DNA from: Lytechinus pictus
Taxonomy: Eukaryota
Length of the DNA: 64,000 bases
Assembly: GCF_037042905.1 (NCBI RefSeq)
Contig: NC_087250.1
Span: 11,100,001-11,164,000, forward strand
Direction: 5' to 3'
In this document: one piece after another, positions 39,513 to 53,161 of the stretch
How the letters are laid out: every line of letters begins with the position of its first letter
How positions within the stretch are numbered: position 1 is the stretch's first letter
Program-made: the position numbers and the translations under genes
The notes under the pieces: generated by a model
The model's database searches: none
The model's input: only the letters and a program-made list of their open reading frames with translations
What the model was told of the DNA's origin: nothing

Positions 39513-42500
39513 TTTTTTTTCAAATAGGCTACTCACAGAGTGACACGATACCCGATTTACATTGAGTCTTGACATCAGTTCGAGGAAGCAGTATTCCCGT
39601 ATACAGCTGTATGTTTATATAGTATACATGTATATTTATCGTTCTCGCAAGAGGGAGTGGGGCGAATAGATCGCCAATTTCTGTCTCACTCTTGTACTGT
39701 TTTCAGTAACTCATGATTTTGGGTTCGCACCAGGCCCGCACTAAAATAATGCGAACCACACAATAAAAATTGCGTTCATTACAGATAGCAGAGTCACGCT
39801 ACTATCACAATCACCCATTAAAAGCAAAAACTCGGGCACGCGGTCACGACGATGGTCTGGTGGTGACAGAAGCAGCACTAAGATAGCCCGGGCCGGGTGC
39901 TGACCGCGCCATTCACAAACTCGACTTTTAAGACATAGCCCGGAGCTGGTACGGATCTGCGAGTTACTGGAAACGGTTTAAATCGCCCTACGATAATCGC
40001 CACTAGTTTCCTTGCATGTCGTAACTATGGCCTCGACAGCAGAGGGCAAAACATAGGTATAAGGTGGGCCGATGAGTTAAGCTCTTACCGTCTTTTCAAC
40101 AAAAATTATCTCGCTCAAATAATATAACAAATATTGAATTCAATTTCATTCGACATTATAACTGGTATAATATTAACACAATTCAGAATCACACTGATGC
40201 CTTAAATAGTGAGCCAGCACCGGTACAATGAACATCTGTCTTGTAGATGAGGAATACGGTTAACATTCTAAAATAACATAATGCATTTAATTTAATATAA
40301 GCTAAGTAATGCAAATCAAGTATGATTCAAAAATATACATTTATTTAACATACTATTTTGTTCAAATTTGTCACAAATCAAGTCATTATAAGCACTCGAA
40401 ATTGACTTCTACAAGGCAAACTGAAGAAAATCTATCCCGAAGTGTTTAGATTAATTGAAATGCATAAATCAGTCGTAAATACAAAAATGGTGAATTGACT
40501 AATGAAATACATTTGTAACCTGCAAATTCTCAACCATCGAGTAGTCTCACATGATTTTTCAAAGATTATTAATGACGTTTCACTTGATCTGATGTAAGAT
40601 GAATTAAGTGATTGCTTCAAAAATTGCGGGATGGAACAACTTATGAAGTTCGTGGGTTCCTTCACGACTAAAATGTGCAGGTACACTGTGCAATCTCGAT
40701 GAAACTTCCAAGCAATCCGGAAATATAGGTGTAAAAGAAACACTTGTCTTTACTTTATCCAAAACTTTACAATTTGAAATTTTGACAATTCATAGAGGAA
40801 GAACTACTCTTTCCTTTACAGCTAGATTGCCTACTTTAAATTTTCGAAGGCTATTTCGGTTATTTAAAAAGAAAACCTTTCCTGCGACTAATTGGTGGTT
40901 CTTGGTATGGTTTGTCACCTTTTCAACTGCATACATGACCATATCCTATGATGTACATGTACATGATATATGACGAAAAATAAACGTAGTGCAATCATGA
41001 ATTCTATACAAGATACTTGCCTCTGTGAGTAAATATCGGTGCAAAATTGATCTATACAAAAACTCATAATTCATAAGTCCGTACATTACTTTTAATTCGC
41101 CTTAATTTACATGATTAAGCATATTGCCTACCTTGAAATCGTGGTTCTAAAAGCAGTCTAAAATGGCGACAGAAGCTTCCTTGTTTGGGATCACAACTCA
41201 TGAAAATAAAACCCCTCTACAATACAATACAAGTATTCCTACGTACTGGCAACGACGGGTTGTGTTTCTGTTGAAAACCCGCCCAAGCGTCGCTTGAATG
41301 CGTTCGAGTTCAAATAGACACATTTAAAATAATAATTTATGATAATAACAGGGGTAAAGTAGGGATGTCATTTAAACAAAAAAACATGCAGATACCGTTT
41401 ATTCTACTGCAGGGTATCATTGACGTACAGAGTACAGGAGTGTGACGTTATCATTTTTGCATTTCAGCATTTTTGAAACCATATTGTTTTTGTAGAGCAT
41501 GATGAAATACCCCCACTACCGAAATGTAGGTGGGTCCATGGGGGCCTGAGACATGACCTCATGAATAAATAATTAGCCCCATGAACCAGGCCAATGACAC
41601 TTTGACTTCAATTGGCTAATTATGCATTTTAGGATTTTCCTCATTCTTTCCCCCTTCTGCCAAGCATTTTTTTAATTATCAAACATTATATTAGCAATGT
41701 CTGTCCACTTTTCCTCCCTACTTAAGCGTCTTATGAAGAATTACCCTGAGAGGTTGAGTGTTTGCTTTGCTTGTACAAGATCAGTATAACCAATTAGGAA
41801 TTGCTTGTCATTACAAAGAAAAGCCATTTTTACTAAGAATTAAATATAAATGATAACAAACCCAGTTTATGCTTGGGAAGGCATGGACATATCGTTGCAC
41901 TTAATTGTGGCATATATCTATACTTTCTCGTGATCTGATTGGTTAAAATTATGCATGTATTGACTGAACAAGCATGGATGCATCATGCATGGATGTACAG
42001 TTGCGCCGAATAACGGTAGTTTGGTCCGCTTATATACACACATGCGACTAAAACAGCTTGGTTGGGGTCAGTGGGACAAATGTATAGATATATAGCTACC
42101 TGCGTTCTGATTGATTAAAACTAAACATCTCTGAAAAATCTAGGATAGATGTGCAGTTGCATAGTTGTCATATTAGTTACCTGTTTGGATTCTCATAACT
42201 GTCTCAACGTTCGTGATTTGCGAATGACTTTATGAGGCACCTCATATTAGAGGGTGCATAATGTATTATAAAAGGGGATTTTCACTGATTTCTTGTAAAT
42301 TTTTCATAAAAGACACACAAGACTAACAAGACATAACTAAAGATTACTGTATATGTCACTTTTGTTTTACAATTATCAAAGATTTGGCCTTCTTGTCAAC
42401 CTAATTAACCATCATCAAAGCTTGGTTTTGTTGTTTATCTGCCAAATAGGCCAAGAACATTAGGTTGAACATGGAAACGTTTGGTAACAAGCTGATTTTT

Positions 42501-42519
42501 TTTCAGAAAAGTTCGAAAA

Positions 42520-44865
42520 CTATGTATGGAATAACATAATAAAAGTCCTCATAAACCCTCCTTCAGTTGATGGTTTTCCGTAATCCAAGGTGGCGTCCAA
42601 AATGGCCGCCATTCACATAGAATGGATATAACTCACTCATTATCCAGCCTAGACATCCAATTTCGGTGCATCTTTCCTAGTTTCAAGATAAAAAAAATAT
42701 CTATTCATTCAGGTTAGAATACCATAAGGAGAGCAGGTTACCTATAAATCCTAGATGGTGTCCAAAATGGCTGCCAAAGCCTAGAAATCGACAAGTCATG
42801 TATTACTCTCTTTAATGTCTCTAATTTTGTTTTATGCAATGGTTTAAAGGTCAAGTAGTACATTGGGACAAGTTGCAGTGACAGACAGTGGTCAGGCATG
42901 TCCAAAAATCGAAGATGGCTTCCCAAAAAAGAGTCTGAAGTGACAACTGTTGCATACAAATAGGCACAGTTAATCTAATATCTGCCTCGGAGATCAAGAA
43001 TATGGCTTTTAAACCATGGTTTAATATATTCGAACTACAAAGACAGGAAGTTATTGGTGCAGTATGTCAAACAAAATCCAAGATGGTAGACAAGGAGTCT
43101 TAAATGACTGCTGTTAATGAAATCTGACGTAGTTCATTAAAATTCAACATGGGAGATAAGATTGTGGTGTCTAAACTATGGTTTTGATTGTCAAATTACA
43201 TATAACAGTATAAGGACAAAATTAAATGACAGACATTGGTTCGGTATGTCAACAAATCGAAGAGGGCTCCTAAAAGTGGAGTCTGAAATGGCTTCTGTTA
43301 GAATAGTGCAATCAATATATATCTGGGATATATTGAATCTTGGTGTTTAATCCATGAATAAAAGAGCTATGTTATAAATTGGGACCGGTTGCAAGGACAG
43401 CCAGTGGTCCAGTATGTCAACAAAAGTCCAAGATGACTTCCAAAAATTAGATTCTAAATTGACTGCTGTTATTGAAAAAATGACACAGTTCATTAAACGT
43501 CTATACTACACGCGGATCAGCCCACCCCCTCCCTCTATTAAAAGTGAGGACATTCTTTTTTTTGCGTGTCAATTTTTTTTCGTTGACGAAATGTCCTTAT
43601 TTTTGTTAAAACCCATTTTTTTGCTTGTCAATTGTTTCTTGCTAAAATGTGCCCTCCCCCCTTCTTTTGAAAATCCTGGATCCGCCCCTGGTCTAAACTA
43701 TGTTTGAAAGGGTCAAATAACACAAAAAAGAAAAGATAACTTGACAGTCAGGGATCCAGTATGGCCAAAAATAAAAGAATGGAGTTTAAAATGGCTGCTG
43801 TTACAGCATGTTCATGGAAATGGACAATTGCATATCATTGTGAGCAGTCCCAAAGTATTATTTGACCCATTAAACTTCAGTGTAGACGCCAAAATAATGT
43901 ATCCCAGGCGGATATAAACTGAACTGTTATTTTGAAAGTAATAGCAGCCAATTTAGCCTCCATTTTTGGAAGCCTGTTTCGAAATTTAGACAATTTTGAC
44001 AGCTCACTGCCCCTTTAGCATGTCCGAATGTACTTATTTGATCCTTTTACCATGGTTTAGACACAACAAATTCATCTCCCAGGCAGACATTGAATGGAAT
44101 ATCTAAAATCGATTGTAACAACAGCCATTTTAGACTCAATTTTTCGAAACCGTCTTCGATTTTCGGACAAACAGGATAATTGACTGTCCTTTTCTGTTCT
44201 AGTGTATTTTTTACCCTTTAAACCAGGGTTTAAACCCCAAATCTTATCTCCCAGACAGATATTTTTTTTTTTCAGTAACAGCAGTCCATTAAGACTCCCT
44301 CTTTGAAAACCATCTTGGTTATTTGGACATACTGGACCACTGACTGTTCTTTTGACTTGCCATGTATCATTTCACCGTTTAAACCATGGTTTAAACACCA
44401 AATCATATCTTCAGACATATATTGAATGAATTATGTCCATACATTCATTTTAGGCTCCATTTTGGACGCTATCTTGTGTTTTTGACAAACTCGGCCACTC
44501 TGTGTTCTCGTAACATGTCCTAATGTATAACTTGAAGTTCAAAACCGTTGAATAAAAAAAAACACATTACATTAAAGTAAGTGATGGATGAAATGGGGAT
44601 TTTTAGACTGCCACAACCATTTTTGAACGCCATCTTGGATTTCTAGGTTTCCTGGTCTGCCTATTTACTCTAATCCGTATCAATACTTCGGTTTACCCCT
44701 TTAAATAATGAAATATGCACCGAATCTGTATGTCTAGTGTGGATAATGGATGAGTTGGATGTCCTTTTTCTGTGAATAGCGGTCATTTTGGACGCCATCT
44801 TGGATTGCGGAAAACCCTCAAAGAGGATTATATGAGGACTTTTAATATGTTATTCCAGACATATT
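42520..44865. mobile_element. Old foldback element with inverted arms and subrepeats containing CCAAGATGG...AAAATGGC
   Basis: 42520-42670 is inverted at ~44716-44862. Subrepeat polarity flips near 43.8-43.9 kb. True termini and TSD not found. A small hAT-like fragment ends at GGATCCGCCCCTG (~43690). Confidence 0.65.
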
Positions 44866-45449
44866 TTTTTCTGGTTATCAGAGATCCCTTTGCCTGCCGT
44901 CTCCTGAAGGAGTCACTTCAAACGCTAACTATCTGCCCAATCTAGCTCCTCAAACAACAAAAAAAGTTGGAAAGAAAATATGGGAAAATATTCGTTCTAA
45001 TGTGGAAATCCAGTCCTCCCTCTCATTTGAAGTCAGACCCCTTTCCCTTGGGTTGGCAAAACCCGGATGTTTTCCTATAAGCGGCTAGAATTGTTTCTGC
45101 CTAAAATCTCTTCACCCCCCCCCCCTCCCACCTCCAGACATAGGCCTAAAATCACACCAGCAATAAACAATCTGTCAAATCACGTTCCCTTTAACAAACC
45201 ACATGAATCACAAGAACTTATTCAGCAAATCCTGAAGACTATTTCCCGTGGTGGTTGGGGTTTGGTACTCGGTTTCTACTTGAGGGTGGGGTTGGGGGTT
45301 GATGTGTTTTCTTCCTTTTAACTGATGCTGATTTTATGTTACACAACATTTGTTATTGAATTAAGTTTGTATTATGAATATCATCTGGTTTGTTTAACTT
45401 CACTGAGCCCCATGAGACAAAAATTAACGGGTCTCTGCGGGAATGCAAC

Positions 45450-45469
45450 AATACATACATATATATATT

Positions 45470-45538
<69 letters not shown>

Positions 45539-45558
45539 TGTATATATATATATATATT
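45450..45558. repeat. (AT)n microsatellite
   Basis: Direct inspection. Confidence 0.95.
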
Positions 45559-46249
45559 CATGCACGTAGAGTTGAGCAATATTGAAAGAATAACAATGAT
45601 ATCCATGCAATTATATACTTATGTTCTAAGCACTGACAATTAACTGTAACTTACATGTATATTTCATTTCATACTTATTTGATACATATACATTACCTTG
45701 TATTTTTAAACATTTATTTATAACTTACGATATCAAATTGTGCAACTCCATGTCCCTTTATGTTAAATAATGTTATTAAAACATATATTTTTTTATTTCA
45801 CTTTCTGTCATCTTTAACTGTTCCGATTTCCAATATGACTCTTCTGTTGTACTAGCGTAAATAAGGTATTATATCACCATTTGTATTCTTCTATAGTTTA
45901 GGAGGTGCCTCGCGTAGAATCAAGCGTGACGCGCTAACAGCTTCATAAAATGCACCCCTGGCTGGTTATCATTATTGTTATTATTGTCTTTTTGATGGGG
46001 CTTTCAAAAGTCGTTGAATAGTCTTTCAAAATTTAAGGTCAATTTATCAATACTTGAATTTTGTTGTATAGGTTTAGATTTTGGGGAGGGTTTGGGGAGG
46101 TTTTGAGCGATGTCTGTTCGATTTTAGTTGACGGTAGGCAGATTGAATGAAAAGCTTTTTTTTACTCTGTACTATGTATTTTTTTCTTACGTGTCATACC
46201 GGTAATGCTGTTAGTCGATGAATGTTTTTTTTGGCGATGTACAAGAAAA

Positions 46250-47430
46250 ATGATTTCAAAATTGAAAAGTTGGATTGGATTCTAAGTAGACATATCGTCT
46301 AAACCTGTAAATTCAAACCAACATAAATCACATACAATATACAAAACAATTTCATATAATATGATTTTGAGACTCCTTTGAACAATTTCAGCAGGTTTAC
46401 CTATGTTTTCAGGGTTGAACAATATAATTTTTGCGAGCAGCTAGTCCTGCAATTACACATGCAAAACATCTAGTTTGATTATTTTAACTAAAGATACGAA
46501 ATAGAATTTAATTTGCATAAATGAAAAAGTTTGGCATTTCTTAAACGCATTTTCAGATCCTAGACTCACATGAATATATTTTCAGTGTCTCAATTTATGT
46601 ATTCCTTTGCAGAGAAAAGGTTTTTATAGTTGATAATATTATGCATGATATTGTTATGTAGTATGTATTTATCTCCCTGTTATCCTATCAGTCATTCACC
46701 TTCACTTGTTTGCAAACTCCCCCAATGTCATCTAAGAATCCCACACCCAATACTATTTAACTCCTAAGCCTTGACCATTAAGACCAACCCTCAGTGACGT
46801 CAGGTAACTTCAAGGAACAAAAGTTCTAAGAAGTATGACTCACACTTCCAGCCCCAGTCACTTGCACAGAGCATCACCACACCCCTTATACCAGAAAAAG
46901 TTTGATAGACAGTTACCTGTAGACCAATCAGATCAAGTTTAGAGATTCCTCCTACCTTAAATACCCCCGAAACAAATGATATAAATAATACTTCTTGATT
47001 ATTAGAGAGAGAGTGTAGAATACTAAACCCACACTCTTCCATATAGACTGACTGATTTCAAGACGTCCATCCAATATTAGTGTAACTTCAGAATTTTAAT
47101 CTCATACTTCGAAATAATTATATTTTAATCATCTCCTCTTATATCTGAATCTTCATGTACTTCGAATTGTAAACTGTAGCTGAATACTGATGATTAAATG
47201 CCCTGTGGTTTTGAGCTATATAACTTTCTCCAAAATTTCTTCATTACGCTTCCCTTCTAATCATAATTACCGATCCCAACACGACAATATTATATCATTT
47301 AGATTTTGAGAAAACTGTAATGATATCTAATTTGCCTAATCTTAAATGACTGCCCTTCCGCCAATTTTTACCTGATTTTTTGTGCCTGGGTCTGTACCTT
47401 CATGTATGTTTTCACTTTACAAGGTATACA
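46250..47430 (-). mobile_element. Highly decayed L1/Tx1-type ORF2 3' fragment
   Basis: Minus-strand remnants resemble W..R.L...GK..II and IMHNI...C..C...IETL, parallel to the ORF2 C-terminus at 3.2-4.4 kb. Many stops. Confidence 0.45.
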
Positions 47431-47929
47431 AATACAACAATGAACAGTATTTGAATTACCTAGTAACACTTAAATGGGGATTAAGTAACTTTGTAGCAGA
47501 ATAACATTGAATATTTTCATTGATTAAATGATTGACTTCATTAAGCACTGTGCTTCTCTGGGTAAATGGATACAATAAGTGGCAGTATTTGAATCATGTT
47601 AGGTAAATTGAATTTCAAGTTAAGAAACAATAGCTTCAAGTATTTTCATAAGTATACAATGCGATAGTGAAAAAAAAGGCGGAAAGGAAGCAAATAAAGA
47701 AGTAAATAGGAAAGATGCTAATTCAAAAAAGAAAAATAGATCTGGGTTGTATACCACTGTTATTGAGAAATAAATGACTTCTCATTTAAACATACCCCAG
47801 GAAAGGCTTATACACCTGGCGGTCTGAAATACCATGGATTCGTTTAATGATTCATTGATTATATTTACTGTTTTTTCATCTGAATAATATTATTAAAATG
47901 TAACATAGATAGGTCCCACATATGACAAA

Positions 47930-48930
47930 AATGTGGTAAAGCAGCCACTTTGAATTTATGCAATTCATGCAAGTTATCCACTGTTCCACAGCTTCGATAT
48001 TCTTTGAAAAATGGTATTGGGTATCCAAATCATGAATATAATATAATTCTTCAACTCTGAAAACATCGATATACCTGTAGAAATTGTGTTTGTATGAGTC
48101 TCAGATGGTGAAAATTCAGGCCATGCTAAATGATCGCCATTTTTAATTGATGCAAATAATGTTGTACCACAGCTTTAAATAACCTGCATTTCGATAGTTG
48201 TTGTAGCCAATTAAATCCTTTAAAAAAATAAGCATACCTGTTGAAATTATGTTTATAGAAACCACAGATGACGAATACTGTCAAACTAATACTATACGGA
48301 TGGTAGCCATTTTGAATTTATTCAAATGAGATATTGCTCCAGATCCTGATTAACCTAAATGCCTTTGATATTTAATTGCGAGATTCAACTATTCTCAGAT
48401 AATACTACAAGGCAACCATTTTCAATTTATGCATATTGTACATTTCTTCCACCGATTCGATTTTCCTTTACTTTATATATGTATTTGTTGGATTTAAATG
48501 CTGTCAATAACATTCTTCAACCCGAGAAACATAGTTATACACGCTTAAGTTGTGTATAAAGGAGTAAGATGATGAAATACAGTCACAACAGTGCCAAAAT
48601 TGTAGCATTTTTTAATTTATGCAAATTAGATATTGTTCGACATCTTAAATTAACTTAGATATTTTTAAAAAAGTATTTGTGCGGTCCAACTGCTGCCAAT
48701 ACGTGTATTATTCAATACTAAGAACAAAGGAATAGACACAGAAATTATACAAGTGCAGGACTCTCAGATGATGACGGTGGAAATTTGAATTTATGCCCAA
48801 AAGACATTGCTCCACAACCTTGATTTTTTTGTATTTTGTATTTGTTTTTGCTTGGCGGTAATTCATCAAATGATGCCGCCTAAACAATGTTAACCTCAAG
48901 CAAGCCAGGGTGTCACGTTTGAAGCTTTAG
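47930..48930. repeat. Decayed tandem subrepeats (GCCATTTTGAATTTATGCAA), probable arm of a foldback transposon
   Basis: Motif variants recur at ~47943, 48137, 48306, 48606 and 48785. Confidence 0.45.
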
Positions 48931-49282
48931 TTTAGGGCTCATCTGATCTTAAAAGCGGGGAGGCTGGTTTTTTGTATACATTTATATTTTTCGTAAAATG
49001 TAGCCCTCAACCAAGTTAACAGGCAGGATGGTATATACACGTATAATTATGTATATTACAGAGTATAGGTATGCCATCTGTATCCACCGGTTTGCCGAAA
49101 GCTCATGGTTAATAGAATAATAGCTGTGCTGGTAATGTCCGGCTAGCAGAAAGCCAGTTGGAAAGCAATCGCAAGAGAAATTTAACGTTGATTTTCTAAA
49201 TTGGAGTGCCTTCTAGCCGGGGTTTTGACCCCCTTCGGGGAGTTAAAAAAAGTATCGGTTTATTCCAGACATATTGTTTTAA

Positions 49283-50072
49283 AGGAGAATGAAACTCTTG
49301 GAGCAAGTAAGCATTTGTGAAAGCAGAAAAATCAAAGAATAGGATCAACAAAAGTTTGAGTAAAATAGGACTAGCAATAGAAGAGTTATGAGCATTTGAA
49401 TGTCGAGATCACTAATGCTATGGAGATCCTCCCATCGGCAACGCAACCAAGATCTATGATATCACAGATGAACAACTCTCCCCTTTTGGACACTGAAAAT
49501 ATACCCCAAAACATCTCTTTTTGCTCATTCTAATCATATGACAAACGATTCATCAATGATATAATGTTGTGAAACCTCTGTACTTGTCCTGTCATAAAGA
49601 GAACACCTCACCTTGTGATAGATTTTATAAAAGGGAGGCGCGATAGCTCAAACGGTAGAGCGGGGGTTTCGGATTCCGGTGACCCGGGTTCGAGTCCCAA
49701 GAGGTGCGCTAGTGCCCTTTGGTAAGGCATTTGTCCTCATTACCAGGTCCCTCGGAGACGACCTTAAGCCGTTGGTCCCCTGGTTGCTTGCTCACAGGCA
49801 TTCGTGCTTTCTTAGCAGTCAGGTAAAACAACCTCGGTATAACAATATAAGTGAAATAAGTACTAAAGCAATGAGGGAGTTGTACGTGTGTGACATCACA
49901 GATCTTGGTCGCATTGCCAATAGGATGATCTACATGGCATTAGTGATCTCAATGTTCAAATGCTCATAACTTTCTAATTATTCATTTAATCTTCCTCAAA
50001 CTTTCAACAATATGTTTCTTTGATTTTTCTCTTTGATATGGATTCAGCTGGTTTCAAGGGTTTCATTCTCCT
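49283..50072. mobile_element. Kolobok-type MITE carrying a SINE insertion
   Basis: TTAA|AGGAGAATGAAAC ... GTTTCATTCTCCT|TTAA with a palindromic body. Same family as 52579-53161. Confidence 0.88.
49634..49832 (+). mobile_element. tRNA-derived SINE
   Basis: A box TAGCTCAAACGG and B box GGTTCGAGTCCC, followed by a non-tRNA body. Absent from the sister MITE at 52.6-53.2 kb. Confidence 0.85.
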
Positions 50073-51329
50073 TTAAGTCTCTAATAAGAGGTATTGTTCA
50101 ATTCCATGTTTTATAGTAATGTGATTGTGACACCAGAATCGGAAAAGCGTTCATCTCTATCTGTTAAATAAAAGCCAAGACATAGTCGCACATTGTTTTG
50201 TCTTGTCATTTTGGTCGCCGAGAATAATATGTCTGATTTATGTAAAACCCGATTTTCAAATTCGCGTCGAATATATTGGAATCAGGATAAAAGAAAACAT
50301 TTCTCTTACATGCCTTAAGAAAAAAAAACTCTTTAATTTTTTTAATATGAAAGTCTTTTTTTTTTCAAATCTAACAGTGAATGATGTTAGTGACGAACCC
50401 TTTGGGATTTACTATAAGTGTTTAAGACTTGAACCTTTTAAACCGCTAAATACTAAAAAAATTTAATCTCTTAAAATATTTTATTTTCCAAATTCAAAAT
50501 CAAAAATTGAAGATAAAAAAAATGAAATGGAAATGTAGAATATAGAATTACATTATCTTTATAAATTTTAAATATAGAATTTAAAATTTAAGATTTAAGA
50601 TTAAAAGAAAGTTTTATATTTAAAATCTAAATTTTAATTTTTACTTTTCAATCTTTTCATTTCTTTAAAATAAATCTTTTGGAGATTTACAATTTCTAAT
50701 GGAAGTTGGACTGGAAAAACGCAATGAAATAGACTCGAAAAGCGCAATTTATGACATTCAAACATACTATCATTAAAATCCGAAGTGGGGAATGCAGACA
50801 TAGAAATCCAAGTAAAAGCTTTTGGCATAATAGATGGAGAGTACAGATCAAACTCAAATCAGTCAACCAGCAAATTAAGGAAGGTCGTTTGTAGTTTGTA
50901 GCAAAGTTAAGGTGGAGTCTGAAGAATTTTCGTTTTCCACCAAACTTGAATACAATTATTCTCTTATACTACGTGTTTCACCCCCCCCCCCGCCTTTGAT
51001 GTTCAGTAATTCGGAAATTATGTATAAAATAACACTGTGACTGATAACAGTAATAGCTTAATAGTGTACAATTTTAATAGTTGAACGTGATTTGAAATTG
51101 AATGCTTGAAAAAGTTTAATTAAATCCATGAACGATTTCAAGTTGGTTTCCAAATTATGGTCAAATTTTAACACTCTGTACAACACTTGTGTTTATACAC
51201 AAATCCATGTTTGCGTGTTTAGAATGGTCATCGCAATGCGCATGACTACCACAGGTTCTGGTCTCTTGCTCCATGGCACATGAATTCTTATTGATGATTC
51301 ATGATGGTGTATCCAATGGAGCTCTGAAA

Positions 51330-52265
51330 AGGTAGCATTCATACAAGTCCAATCCTTTGAATGTTTAGGTATACTTATTGATAATGAATTATCATGGAAA
51401 GAACATGTATCTAAAGTAGCCAATAACGTTAGCAGGAAGTTGGGTATCCTACGAAGGTTAAAAGGTTGTGTCAATGAAAATACTTTACTCACTCTATATA
51501 ATGCTATGGTTTTGCCAATTCTAGATTATTGTTGTATTGTCTGGGGGATAAATTCAAAGAAGATACCGAAAGATTAAATAAATTACAGAAAAGAGCTGCA
51601 AGGATTATTTTAAATGCCCATTTCTTGACCCCTTCGGAAACTTTATTTGCCCTCTTAGATTGGAAAAGATTTGAAGATAGAGTTCGTATTTTCAGATTTA
51701 TTTCAATGTTCAAATGTATGAAAAGTATTGCTCCCACATGTCTGTCCAAACTATTTACTTTTAGAAAAGAAATTCACTCACATTGTACAAGAAGTTCCTC
51801 ACAAAATAAGTTACACTTCCCCAAATGTCACATTGAATCATTCAAACATTCATTTCATTATCAAGCCGTCTCATTATGGAATAGTCTTCAACCTGAATCT
51901 CAAAACATAAATTCCCTCTCAATTTTTAAGAAATATTTAAAAGATAACCTTTAAATCCAGTTGCAGCTTTTTTCCAATAGTATATATATCCGATGTCAAT
52001 TTCGATTATTATGTTCTATGTACAGACCCTTCTTTCTAATGATGTGCGTAGTTAATAGTTATTTATAGTTTCGTTTATATTTGACTTCAACTATTATGTT
52101 CTATCATAATGTATGTACATTTTCTCATGTTAATTCTACTGTGTATAACAAGATATATTGTGATTGTTTTTTTTTATATGCAGGACCCCAAGGGAGAACA
52201 ATTTTTATGTTGATTGGGTATCCTGTTGAAATATTGTTAATAAATAAATAAATAAATAAATAAAT
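51330..52265 (+). mobile_element. 5'-truncated CR1/L2-group LINE (RT C-terminus, 3' UTR, (AAAT)n tail)
   Basis: CLGILIDNELSWKEHV...KLGILRRLK...YNAMVLPILDYCC, then frameshift into ORF 51529..51954 (LQKRAARII...FHYQAVSLWNSL...FKKYLK). Tail (AAAT)n at ~52240-52265. Confidence 0.9.
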
Positions 52266-52578
52266 GTCTATTGTTAGGTAAGCGCTCACAAGTTCATGAA
52301 TATTAGTGTGTATTACACACTTATATTGACACGAATACACACTAAATTAGAATTAAAGTAATTTTCCCCCTTTGTATCAAATCTGCTATAGAAATCCTCT
52401 AAATCATTGACAACTTTTTCAATGAGATTGATATCGTTCGATTTACCGTTGCAAACACGTGAAATGACATTCAACCATGATATCATAACAATTGCAAGTG
52501 TCAAATGCAGAAATATAGATCTTTAGGTGTACGATTGATTCCAACGAAAATTGTATACAAGGCAATGATCCAACTTAA

Positions 52579-53161
52579 AGGGGAATGAAACCTTTGGAAC
52601 AAGTGGGCTTGTGTGGAAAGAGAAAATTCAAAGAATAGGATCAAAGAAAGTTTGAGAAAAATCGGACAAATAATGAGAAAGTTATGAGCATTTGAATATT
52701 GCGATCACTAATGCTATGGAGATCCTCCCATTGGCAATGCGACAAAGATGTGTGATGTAACATGTGAACAACTTTCCCTGTGAGGGACTATAAAATACCC
52801 CTAAAATGTCCTTTTTTGCTCTTTCTTATGGTGATACAAACTCTTTATCCATAATGTATTCTTTAAAAATCCATATTACGTGTCCTCTTTATAGAAAGAA
52901 TACATGATCTACTGATAGATCTCATAAAAGAGGCAGTTTAAGTAAAATATATACAAAAGTAATAGGAAAGTTGTTCGCGAGTGACATCACACATCTTTGT
53001 TGCATTGCCAATTAGAGGATTTTCATTATGTTAATGATCTAACTTCAAATGATCATAACTTTCTTATTATTTATTCAATTTTTCTCAAACTTTTGTTGAT
53101 CTGTTTCTTTGATTTTTCTGTTTTACCACAAGTTATCTTGTTTCAAAGGTTTCATTTTCCT
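52579..53161. mobile_element. Kolobok-type MITE
   Basis: TTAA|AGGGGAATGAAACCTTTG ... CAAAGGTTTCATTTTCCT|TTAA. Confidence 0.88.

Larger units (their letters stand above)
19454..41943. repeat. Tandem array of a ~2.5-kb non-coding unit (6 full copies + 1 partial)
   Basis: Anchor ACCC(G/A)CCC(A/G)AGCG at 19472, 21980, 24489, 29849, 35881, 38710 and 41277. Uninterrupted spacing is 2508-2509 bp. The longer copies return to ~2.5 kb once their TE insertions are subtracted. Confidence 0.97.

Noticed and set aside
45325..45643. YI-repeat ORFs
   Set aside because: These are translations of an (AT)n microsatellite.
49634..49705. tRNA gene
   Set aside because: A and B boxes are present, but there is no proper acceptor stem and the sequence continues into a SINE body inserted in a MITE.
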